A stretch of DNA of 64,000 nucleotides from Phoronis australis (Eukaryota > Animalia > Phoronida): contig NMRA01000401.1 of NCBI GenBank assembly GCA_002633005.1, positions 1 through 64,000 of the forward strand. The letters are read 5' to 3'. Every line of letters begins with the position of its first letter. Positions within the stretch are counted from its first letter, which is position 1. The notes below the pieces were generated by a model, which had not been told where the DNA came from, searched no databases, and saw only the letters and a program-made list of their open reading frames with translations. Below are positions 26,201 through 37,000 of this stretch, in pieces. The position numbers and the translations under genes were made by a program.

Positions 26201-28108
26201 CAACATCCCAGAATGCCTCACTCTCACTAGGTGGCAGTAATGACAACTGGGTACCGCTGAGGTATTCGCAGATAACACCATGTTCTATTTGTTAGCTTGA
26301 CACACAGCACTATGTTGCTGGTGAGGTCTTGTGCTGCCTTAAAACAATGTCCACATTGCATGGTAAAACCTGCGATCAGTCTGTTTTATAATTTGGCATG
26401 TTGCCATTTTTGGACGAATTGTACGTTTTTGCGGCTTCTAGTGGCCATTTTATGATACAAATAAATAACCCTAAAACCACACCATTTGTGATACATGCGT
26501 GGGCGCATTTCAATGCTCCGCGTTGCTCTTGTTATCAAAATGAGTTTCTGAAGAAAATCAATGTTTTTGATTCTCAGGCTAATGTGGACTTGTTTTAAAG
26601 CATGAATCTGTTATCCAAATAAATGCTGTTATCAAAGATTCTAAGGATTCCTTTCAGTCCTTGGTATCTCACAACTATGCGGTATTGCGAGTTTTGATGA
26701 ATCATTTGCAGCATGTAAAAATGTTGTCCGTACATATATGTGACTGCAGCAGTTCCTTCCTCATGGCATGTAGTCGCACAAGGGAATTTCATGACTTGGT
26801 GCAAACTAGGCAAAACTTTTTCAGTCATAAAACGAAATTTATAGACCTTTCAGTCAGTATGCCGAATTCAACTGAATGGATAAATTGCGTATTGTTAAGA
26901 CGTAATTGTTTAAGTGAAACAAACTGGTTCATGCACTTCCCCATGTGACGTATCATAAAACTTAATGATCCGTTGTAACCCGTCTTCGTCAGGGTCGTAA
27001 GTCTAGTCTTACCTGAGATGGTTGAAACATGGAATTTAATTCATATGTAGATCATTACCACGGGCAAGTTATTAATCTCACGCCGGTTGAAACATTTTGC
27101 TTATGCTAGAAACATAGCATCCCATTCGCACTAATACACCTGTGGCCATCTTGGCTACGACTGGACGTCCGACCTTTGATAATGCGGGCCCCTAACTTTT
27201 ATGTTATAGTATACTCTTGAGGCATGAACTTTGGGTACAGGGGACTGCTGTCGACACATAATTCACAAGCCTGTTGTACAAAAAGTTTCATATTGTTTCT
27301 TCCTTGGCCTTGTGGTTATTTCCTCACGTTGATCCCACGACACGGTTTTGGGTGAATTTTTTCATCTCCGCAGTGTCAAAAGTCTTCAAACAAAAATTTA
27401 ATATTGAATGTCTGCTTGAGAATTATGGAGATAGAATTGTATCTCTAAGCATTTCATCAAAATTCGCAATATTGAATTGATGATTATAAGGCCAATTATT
27501 CGAACTCGGTCAATGCCGGTAATCAGTTCCTTCTTCGAGTCCTTGAGTGTTCAAGATAAGCTTGCCCCATTAGTTTTCTTTTATATACTACCGTTTGCTA
27601 ACAGATGAACAATTCTCACTAGAAGTCATTTTGAACTAAAGTATCCATCTACTAGATCTTTAGGTGACAATGTTTTAGTTGAATGCATTTGATAAGATAT
27701 ACCAATTTAATCTTTCTGTAATTTTGTCGTTGATTCTTTTCTTATTAATTCAATGGAGTCGCCCAATTATCATTTTTTCCCATTTGCGCACTCATGACTC
27801 GTAGTTATGTAAGGACATCACTCACCCGGTTTTCTGTATTTTAGGACGAGGCGTTCCAACTGTGGATAGAAACATGGGCTAAGTTGTACCCCGAGGGATC
27901 CAAGTCGAGTGATGTCATCCACGACATCCACGACAACTACTACTTAGTGAACTTGGTGGATAACGACTTCCCGCTCGAGTGCTGTCTGTGGGATGTGGTA
28001 GAGAACACATTGAAGGTGTACGAATCCAAGATGGCTGCCACACAATGTAATGGCTCTCACAAAGAGGAAGAGACTGGGCGTGAGTGTTTACAGCTCTGTT
28101 ATTTGTGA
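17082..28108 (+). CDS. MTHFR: Methylenetetrahydrofolate reductase, 9 coding exons, ~664 aa (catalytic TIM barrel plus SAM-binding regulatory domain)
   Basis: Motifs [83 protein letters not shown]; all GT-AG junctions phase-compatible; 1995 nt using one copy of exons 6-7. Confidence 0.97.
17436..17674 (+). CDS. MTHFR: MTHFR coding exon 2
   Basis: [17 protein letters not shown]...NLLALRG; cag/gtaaga boundaries. Confidence 0.95.
17954..18067 (+). CDS. MTHFR: MTHFR coding exon 3
   Basis: [38 protein letters not shown]; cag/gtaaga. Confidence 0.95.
18838..19031 (+). CDS. MTHFR: MTHFR coding exon 4
   Basis: GYPTGHPD...[17 protein letters not shown]...[10 protein letters not shown]; cag/gtaaca. 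Confidence 0.95.
19486..20049 (+). CDS. MTHFR: MTHFR coding exon 5
   Basis: [17 protein letters not shown]...EDVRPIFW...PNGRWGNSS...SGVK; cag/gtacgt. Confidence 0.95.
20911..21093 (+). CDS. MTHFR: MTHFR coding exon 6, copy A
   Basis: VTETPWNSD...TINSQPNVN...[12 protein letters not shown]; cag/gtaaaa. Confidence 0.85.
21649..21747 (+). CDS. MTHFR: MTHFR coding exon 7, copy A
   Basis: [33 protein letters not shown]; cag/gtaagt. Confidence 0.85.
22545..22727 (+). CDS. MTHFR: MTHFR coding exon 6, copy B (same protein as copy A)
   Basis: Same translation as 20911-21093 with synonymous differences only. Confidence 0.85.
23283..23381 (+). CDS. MTHFR: MTHFR coding exon 7, copy B
   Basis: Identical to 21649-21747. 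Confidence 0.85.
23620..24180 (-). mobile_element. Highly decayed PIF/Harbinger (ISL2EU-like) transposase remnant in MTHFR intron 7
   Basis: Minus-strand fragment DA[10 protein letters not shown] resembles the IDxTExFIQRPSxL motif; a downstream [11 protein letters not shown] fragment is compatible; heavily frameshifted. Confidence 0.4.
24302..24424 (+). CDS. MTHFR: MTHFR coding exon 8
   Basis: [41 protein letters not shown]; tag/gtattt. Confidence 0.95.
26339..26598. mobile_element. Small TIR element with TTAA-flanked termini (ttaaaacaatgtccacatt / aatgtggacttgttttaa), Kolobok/piggyBac-type MITE
   Basis: ~19-bp inverted termini with one indel. Confidence 0.45.
27040..27272 (-). mobile_element. 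Probable SINE fragment (conserved-core type)
   Basis: Minus strand gtgtattagtgcgaatgggatgctatgtttctagcataagcaaaatg...gtggtaatgatc resembles, from memory only, a metazoan SINE central domain. Confidence 0.35.
27845..28108 (+). CDS. MTHFR: MTHFR coding exon 9 (terminal)
   Basis: [16 protein letters not shown]...[12 protein letters not shown]...stop TGA at 28106-28108. Confidence 0.93.
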   Translation, partial: DEAFQLWIETWAKLYPEGSKSSDVIHDIHDNYYLVNLVDNDFPLECCLWDVVENTLKVYESKMAATQCNGSHKEEETGRECLQLCYL

Positions 28109-28416
28109 CCATTACAAAATTATATAATTAGGGCTGTTCCAGCAAAATCTGTATGGGAGGGGGGGAAGGCACTTTTATTTCGTACCCACCGCCCATATTT
28201 TTCATTTATTTCTCCAACCCATGACCCATAATTTTTTAATTATTTTTAATAGGTTAAAATATAAAATCCAACACTTGCAAACAAATTGCCTCCAGGAGGA
28301 CCTGTTAAGAACTTAGATGATTGACATACAAGAACTAGTTGTCTTGTCCAATATTGTCAAAAACTAAAGTAGCCTGTGAGCAATACTTTTGGCAGCCACC
28401 AGGTGTCTCTGTTCAN

Positions 28417-28577
28417 CCCGCTCGAGTGTTGTCTGTGGGATGTGGTAGAGAACACATTGAAGGTGTACGAATCCAAGATGGCTGCCACACAATGTAATGG
28501 CTCTCACAAAGAGGAAGAGACTGGGCGTGAGTGTTTACAGCTCTGTTATTTGTGACCATTACAAAATTATATAATAA
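28417..28577 (+). repeat. Second copy of the MTHFR last-exon 3' end (matches ~27970-28128) right after a single N; probable alternate haplotype
   Basis: Near-identical sequence; N at 28416. Confidence 0.88.
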
Positions 28578-31500
28578 TACATTAAACTTCACCATTTTTG
28601 AAATGGGATGTCCCATGTTAAAAATTGTATTACAAAGGCGGATCCAGGATTTTTTAAAAAAGGGGGTCAAAGTCAACAATTTGAAAGTGCTATATTTGGT
28701 GTCACTAAAATCAAGGGAAAAGGAGGGATCCGGAACCCATACCCCCCACCCGGGGGGCCCATATTTCTTTGTCTTGTGCTGGTCCGCATTGCTTTGTTGT
28801 CACATTATTTCTACTTTAAAGTCAAACTTACAAGTAAAGGACCCAACTGCTGGGTCATTTCATGAAAGGTGGCTTTTAAATCTTAAAGAACTTAAGACAA
28901 AAATTTGGTCTTGCGCTTCACTCAAATCTCACTTTGTTTTAAAATAGAAAATCTTTGAGAATATGCCCATTACTTCTAGTTGGTGAGATGTCTATACGAC
29001 TATTCCTGAAGAATTATTAAATCTCACTTTGTATGAATTATTTTTAGATTGTGATTACAATGCTAATTGTTCGTTCAGTAATTGTGAATTGTGAGCAGAA
29101 GAACAAATTTCTGTCGTAAGTCACTTTTCATGAAACACTCTCCTGGACATTTTCTGGCACAGCTCATCCACAGGACCACTGTATGCTAATTGCTGTAAGT
29201 TATTTATTTTGCACGAACTTAGATATCTAAAATCCATCCCCTTTTCAGCAATGTTCTACTGAAAGCATAATGCCTGCGTCGACAGTTCCTACAGCAATGG
29301 TCTGACCCTCCGTGGCGTAAAGACTGTGAAAGCATCAGGCTGAGAGTAGATTTGCTCAATTCTATGCCGGTCATATAAACTACAACTCCGTGATGCGTAT
29401 GCTAGATTGTTAAGTGTTAGGAGTACGATATGCGTCATACATGTTGAGTTTTGCTTGTTTCTCACTGGGAAAAATCAACGATAGTTACTCATGAAATACC
29501 ATGCCAGAGATGGGTAAGACTCCTCTTCATCTGAGTTAGTTGGCCCAGCTGGTAGTGTATGTCTTTGCTGACAAAAAAGTTGAATGGATGTCGACACATA
29601 TAAGGCCAGTTACTCTACATTGACTAACTGCTCATCTCAGTGAAATGCCAGTTGTCAGTATTCTTGGTTGGAACTTCAATTTGAAAACAGTCTTAAAGCC
29701 ATGTTCTGTCCTTGACGAGACTAACTTTTGATTTAGATTATCTGTTGCAAAAAGAATTAGTCTCTGCTTCCTTTGCTCGGGACCATTCTTGGCGAATAAA
29801 ATGACACGCCATGACAAGCCAACTTTTGAAGTGTAGTCTCTCAGAAATCCAGAAGTCACAACTGTTTTGACGAAGGAAAAATTTGAGCTCAGTAAACCAA
29901 CCTGCTGTCAGAAAAATAAGATTTAAATTTGTCATGTTAGAAACTGGTCCCAATAATTGTTGTTCAGATTAGAATTGGTTTCTAGGTTTGGGAAGAACTG
30001 ATCATTGCCTGTATCAGGCAAAATAATTTGGCTTGACCCAGTGGGTCATACCAAGTGCTGTGCATGTTCTCTGGCGATAATACATGACACGCTACACCAT
30101 TCAAACTTTCCTGCATTTGCTTGAGGTACATGTATTAAGATCAGTATGATAAGCTGTGGTGTACACAAGTCAAATTGTGTTGCTTATGAGGCAGGTTACA
30201 TCTGTTTGAGTTAATCAATTTTTGCTGTTCAAATAACGCAGCTAACTGTAATCCCAACTTGCAAGAAACGTTGAATTCCTTAGTTGCCGGTTGGGAAATG
30301 TAATGTAGCTTGTAATGGTCAGGTTATCCCAAGCCCAGAAATTAGCTATACGTACAAAGATTAATTGTGATCAATTAATGTCAAGTGGCCCAAATGCAAG
30401 GTTAGGCTTTAGTGCTGGTTATGGCGTTCATAACCTCCATGGTTTAAAGACTGTATGTAACACTTTATTCATGTATTTAATACTGTAGCTGTGTAGCTAT
30501 TTAAGCCAATGCAGTTCCACACTTGAAAATCATTGTTTTGTTGGAAATTTGCTTTTTTCAAGAGCGAGTTAGTATTCCTACACCTCATAAAACCCTGGGG
30601 CAATCTTAGTCGATTATTTCAACAGAAAACTCACCTTAAACTTTGGCTTGACCCAATTCACCTTGAACTTTGGGTTGGCCTAATTAGCGCTGCATGGGAC
30701 TTAAAATTAAAACTCCTCATTTAGCCATTGCCTGATGAAAGTCACTTCACTCTTGTCAGCATTTGCCGTTAGTGTCTATACTTTAAAGTGCAATAGAAAC
30801 AACACCATTGTGATCCTGTAGCATAGACACTCCGGGTTTGCTGCTCATTACTCATAAGGGTTTCCATTTGATGTGATCCTCAATTATCATTAGAATCATC
30901 TTATTGACTTTGTTTGTGTTTTTAGGGTTACTAGGACCGGGTGACACTAGCTATTACTGTATACTTTTTATGTTATAAATCCAGGCATTGATATGGCATT
31001 AGTAAGAATTATTGGTCGTCTTGCACCCTTATGTTGGTCACATTGGGTGACATATAGTTAAGTCTGAAAAGATTTGTGTCCCAGGCTTTGTACTAGGGGG
31101 CCATGCTGCAGTCCACTGAGCTGTCAGGTTACAGCGATCCAATCAGTCTTATGTTACCAACATGCGGGGTGTAAGATGACGAAAAATTTTTACTTATTAT
31201 TAACTATTACTATTTTATGCTGACAATTATAAATTGTTTTTAAGGTCATATCCAGTGACGAAACTAAAAGTGTTATACTTTAGTGAATCGTATTGGCTTA
31301 TGTTTTCTTCATCCGCATTCTGTAGTAAAACCGTAAAATTCTTACCAATTGTACTCATGGTCTTTGTCATGATTTCTGTGTATGTAGTTAATGTAAATCG
31401 CATAATTTACGTTTTGTAATTAAGCCGGGAATTAAATTAGTGCATTTTTCTCCTCTCAGTGCTCGTGGGCCAGGATCTGACCATACAGTATCTTTGTCTG

Positions 31501-31739
31501 TAAGTGTTCATTTACATAAGCTTATTATGATTCTATGTGTCCTTCTTGGTGGGAACATGGAACACTGGTCCAAGTCCAAACTGACGTCATCATTTTTTAA
31601 GAAGATTTCTTGCTTAGCAATTGTTAAGTTTCGAAGTTGATTTTAGATATTTAGCTGAATGGTGTTGAAGAGATTGTTAGGAATTGAATTGTCATGTCTA
31701 TGTTTTTAAACTTGCATTTTCTTATTTATTTTTGTTGAC

Positions 31740-31753
31740 AATAAACGAATAAA
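31740..31753 (+). terminator. Tandem AATAAA signals, candidate MTHFR polyadenylation site
   Basis: aataaacgaataaa at the boundary between CpG-poor and CpG-rich sequence. Confidence 0.5.
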
Positions 31754-33843
31754 TGTTATTCATGACCTTTGGCTGCAAACAGAAGACATTTTCGGGAAAT
31801 CACATGTGAACGAAGTCAGTCTCTCCCGTTTCACGCAACCGATGGACATTCGCCGGGATTGGCGTTTTTTAGTTAACCCAGAATCAACGAGGGTGAGACT
31901 TGAGACATGCAGTAAGCCCTTAACAAAATTGTAACAACTATGGTAACTGGGGGAGGGGGTCGGAGTATCTGCGATCGGGCGCCCCTCACGATGCGGCGTG
32001 TGTTTATAGAGGTGGCGAACGTCACTTGGGATTTTCTAGGATTCCTGTTTTTTCCGGTCACCCATCGGTTAGTCTCAAGTTTGTCTCGATGAATTTTGAA
32101 TGTGTAGCACGGCGCTTGTTTCCCATTGCATGAAAGAGAACATCCGCGTCCGACAGTTGTACACGTCAGTGTGGATTCATCTTCGATAAACTGGGGTGCG
32201 GGGGGGTTTACGTTGTGCGGCGTACTGGCAAACTCAACACTACGTTACGGCCGGGTATGCCGTACGCAGTGCTCTAACCCGTATGTCAATGCTACGACGA
32301 AAACGCTTGCCTCGAACATACCCAGGGACTGCGGCGATCCTACGCACAGCAACATTTTTTTCATGAATATGCAACCACATTTCGCAACTGGAGGGCCATG
32401 CAGGGAGAGGGGGCCCGGGTGCAAGTATCCCCCCTCAAAAAATTTGCAGGTGTCTGGATGGGGGAGGTCGAGAAAAGGAAATTCAGAGGAACGTATCTGA
32501 CAGAACGAGAACAAAAATGTCCACAGTTGGATTTATCCATTGGGGTGTCCTGGTAAGAACGTTTTGTAAGAGGGGTTCATTTTTGCAGTATATCGTGCAA
32601 TTACCCGAGTGAAAATGTGCTCTTTAGTATCACACGTAATTTGAAAACTTCGGACAAAACTTGTTACCGCATGAGTGCCTGTAGATTTTCAAGAACATGA
32701 ATTGATTGCCACCATGGAGTCCTCCATGATGGCTCCCTCACTGGCAAGGGATAATACCGTTAGAGTCGTCTGTCGCTATGTTTTTTTTTTGAAACTTTGT
32801 ATCACGATATAAATCAGGATGCTGGTGGATAAGCGCCCTCAGTCATTTCCCGTTTTTGGAATTGTATATCAAAATATCCTTTCATATTTAGGGACCCCAA
32901 AATTTGGAGGGGGGCGGCTGAGGGCATCCACAGCCAATCCTTTCCTGTTCTTTATTTACACCTAGGAGGTCGCTCACTGAGGGGTCCAATGACCGATCGA
33001 GTGCCTCTCTCTTCCTGATTGTGTAAACTCGTATGACCCTAGGGAAAGTAATAACCTCTCACAGAAAATATGAGTCACCCGATTCTGAAATTAACTGTCG
33101 ATCTTTCTTATTCTTAAATAATAGCCTTTCATGTTAACTGGTTCCTTTCAGAGGGGGTCCTCTCAGGGAAAGACGGTCCGAGGCAACTGCCCCTTTGCCC
33201 CCTTCAAACCCAGCATTGTCCCGGCACTCTAGGTGAAACATAAAATTTCGAATAGGTCAAAAAATTTCTTACAGTTTAACAGGTCAAGTTCATGTGAACA
33301 AGCAACGAGCATAACTGTGTTCAAATCTGAAAGTGCCCCTTTCTTGTGAAATGTTCTTTTAACATGTGTAGGCTACCCAAGTTTCTGGCGTCTGGCTTGC
33401 AGGGGTGGCTGCCTCTAAAACAGAAATTCTGCACGTCTATAGCGAAGACCACGGGACGTCGATAGGGAGGAATTCTGAGACCAAGTTGAGCCAAAAGTTT
33501 GGCTAAGAGAAATTAGTTCCTCCGTCCCCTCCCACCGATATCGTCTACCTTCCTACGGGCGTCAACCGGTGGAGGAACTTCCTTCTCTCACGAACCGCAC
33601 AAGTTTTCACTGAAACGCTCTTTTCTCTCTGGTCGTGAGAAAATTTCGGTTCGAAGAAAGCAATAGTGATTCTTGAGAAATGAAAATTCTTAGTGTTCGT
33701 AATAAAATATAGTCTATGAGAAAGGAAATAACCGACTGCTGGTGAAAACGACTTGTCTACAGCATTGTTGTGCATGTGCGGTTCGGGAGAGAGATTGGCT
33801 GCATTGTAATAGGTAGTTACAACGCGAGAAGTTTGAAAGGCGT

Positions 33844-33849
33844 TTTATT
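33844..33849 (-). terminator. AATAAA polyadenylation signal of the VWA-VWD gene
   Basis: tttatt ~42 nt downstream of the TAG stop on the minus strand. Confidence 0.65.
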
Positions 33850-33891
33850 TAACCTTGGTAATGACGAGAGCTGTTTACATTGTTACTGTTT

Positions 33892-34038
33892 CTAGGGAGG
33901 AACGCACGCTCTTACTCCGCCACCTACATCAACGCACTGTTGGCTTTTTCCGCAGGAGTGTGGAACTTCGCTGATTGCTCCGCCACTACCACAAGTCTTC
34001 TCGAAGTCGCAATTCGCTGTCAACCAGCGGTCCCCAAG
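33892..34038 (-). CDS. VWA-VWD gene exon 10 (terminal): TILa/VWC-like domain
   Basis: LGDRWLTANCDFEKTC...HSCGKSQQC...RACVPP*; ttttttcag acceptor; not in the ORF track. Confidence 0.88.
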   Translation of the reverse strand, partial: LGDRWLTANCDFEKTCGSGGAISEVPHSCGKSQQCVDVGGGVRACVPP

Positions 34039-37000
34039 CTGAAAAAACATGCCAAAATTGAATACTTTACTAGTACATATGAACGCGTGTGCGAATAAAT
34101 CTTAGTAACGTTATGAGTCGCTGTCCAAGAGTTAACTGTGACTGCAAATTAAGTTCGTTACTATTATAGACACTGTGCGTCTACCTATTAAGCTCGGTTG
34201 GTTCCCTGCGTGCTGCTAGGTGGTCGGTAGCCAGCTCGCAGGTATCACTTAATTTTTCTCGGAAATTTTTTTACACCGGCGTTTCTGATTGGCTGGTCAA
34301 ATTCCGGTTACCGGTACCCCGTCGGTAGCGCCGCTACGCAAACAAACTGGTATGACTGATGGGTGTAAAATGTGGTCTGTTGTACAGACAAATCGGTGCT
34401 TAAAATTTATGTTCAGGAAATCTGAGTCCCAGAAATTGTGGTTGCGCCTTTTCGGAGTGCATCTTTCTACTGTCGATGACTTTTGTTTACGATAAGTATT
34501 CAGTGGCGGATTTAGAGGGGGGCAAGGGGGCCATGGCCCCCCTCTAAAATTCTCCCAGATTCCATTTGGCAGTAAGAGAGTGCGAATGTCTGACTGGCAA
34601 AATCCTGGATAATACTCTACCCTGACCCCCCTAACTCAAAATCCTGAATCCGCCCCTAGTATTCATACGGTATGAATAACAATGCACCGGTTAAATCGAC
34701 CAAATATGTGTTTATTGTACACGTACGTGCATCAAGCACGCGGCTATTAAACATTACTGCAGAAACGAAATAGTTGCTGCTACGCCACTTGCATGAGCGC
34801 TAAAAATCGTTCATAGTCCGCCATTTTTTCACGTTGTTGTAAAGCTAACCAAGACTACCGAGATAATAATACTAAAAACTTGACACATCTTTATAGGGAC
34901 TAAATGAGCTGAACAATTGTTTCTGCTATTAAATTCTCCCCTGCAATGTTGTTTTATTTCAATTATCAATGCTAAAGCGCGTGCTACTGAGTGTGATACA
35001 TGCGTGCTGCCTAAGGCACGTAGGGAACCAGCGAGCCTAAAGTCCGAGTGCGCATGCGTGATCTACTAGTGCGCCTATAATAAAGAAGAAGAGCTTCTTT
35101 CGTGGATTATTTTGTCCAATTGTTTCCTTCATCGCTGTATGACGCTGCCAAGCTTGAGGTACATGTATAAGCGTCACCAGTCTTTCAGTGCAAGTGGAAT
35201 ACAGTCTTCCTGGCGGATGTCTTCAGATGGATTTCAATTCTCCGTGTTTTTCAACTTTTTGCATTAATCACAAGTGCGTCACTATTGGTTGCAACGGATA
35301 GTTCACTGTTAGAGTTCTCCTTGGTTTTTAATTTCTCAAATATTTCGTATAATGGAGTGCGCGCCCGACATCTTCACATACAGACGCATGGGTTTGAGTG
35401 GGTACAAACACGGACATTTAGTGTTTGTGTTCCACAACCTGTCCATGAGCGCACTCAGCCTTTGATATGGGGGGAGGGCTGAATTTCCGAAGACGTGTGG
35501 ACCTTTTACTAACAAAAATAGGGAGGACGAAAAAAACGGGGCACCACGTTAGGAGAATTGTGCATTTATGCCTTTTTAGTGGACTTTTGTCTCGTTTTCT
35601 CGGACTTTATGTTTCTCTGGCGGACCTTTTCGCCCAGTTTGCCAAATGGGGGGCTCGTTAAAGCTGCACGCTTTGCCTGAATAGCTGCATGACTCTCACT
35701 CGGCAATTCCTGACGCAAACCAGTATGAAGTTTGTCTCACTTTCGCGCCGAAGATATCTTTGGCGGAAGTTTAGGTGGCACTACGGATATAATTCCATCT
35801 TGCTTCAACGTTGGCTGTTAGGCAGTTTTCTCAGCATATCATCGATGGTTTGGGCGAAGCGCGCACAGAAATCTAGTATGTTTGTCTTAGCTGTGTTGAT
35901 GCGTGGGCGTCCTTTTTGCCTAGAGCGGTGGATTCGTTTAGGCTGAAGGAGCACCTTAATTGGTGCTCACTACGTGAGTGATCAGTGTCGCAGTCGGCAC
36001 TATGGTTTCTGCAAGTTATGTTAACACAGCTGAGAACTGGTCATCGAGTGGTAAAGAGATCCAGTTGATGCCAGTTACGAGATCTTGGATGTGGCCAACT
36101 GTGTTGAGAATTGGTGGAAAAGAACGTAGTAGTCGCAGTAATTGCAAAGCTAATAACCCTAGAGCAGTTGCTCTGAGGCAGGAATTCCTCTGACGGTAGA
36201 GTACAACTCGTAGAACTCAGTCGTCTTTAGACTCGGACGACGAGCAGAGAGTTGGCGCATGGATGCACAAGATGGGTCAGATGATGTTGGAAGCCGGGGT
36301 GATATCATTTGGGTGGTTCCCTTTGAAGGTGATTCAACTGATGCCATGAGAAAATTTTTAATAGCGAATTTTTAAAAGGGTGACTGGTTCTTGCCAAAGA
36401 CAACGTGTAGTCTTTTTCTCTTAAGCTGCCATCTGAAGGGAGTCTGGTTTCCTGTAGTGCATTGATGTCAGAGTTGATCATCTTTTAAGACAGCTCTCAT
36501 GATGAAAGCTGTCTTTCCTGAAGTCGTCAATCAGCTGTGGGTCGTTTGTGAGACCAGGACACACAGTCCTGACATTCCAACTTGCTGGTGGCAACACAGA
36601 AGTCTTTAATCGTTTTTATGGTGCAGTAGTTACAGTCTGCTTGTCTGTAGTGCCCTGAGCTCCAAGCACCTTTTGAAGCAGGCAGGCTAGCGGTTCAGCA
36701 TCTTCTTGGCGGGTGGCTGCCCGGCTTAAGGCGGGCGACTGCTGACGAGTGGAACTACAGTAATCCCTCCCACCAAGGAGACAACCCGTAACGCAATGAC
36801 CTACGCCAATTGGTCTTGGCTTATTACTCGTATCTGCTGTCTCCCGAGTTGTTTTTGCCGCCTCGCTTTTCTCTGTACTTTCGTTCATTACATTCATTTA
36901 AAAAGCATGATTGTGCAATTATATTAGGTACGTCCGAAGGGCACGCATAACCTAGTATCCTCTTTCACAGACGACATGTGGCGGGACCAGATATTGAGAA

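Noticed and set aside
28085-28108. MTHFR C-terminal CLQLCYL as a prenylation signal
   Set aside because: The last Cys is third from the end, so it is not a CaaX box
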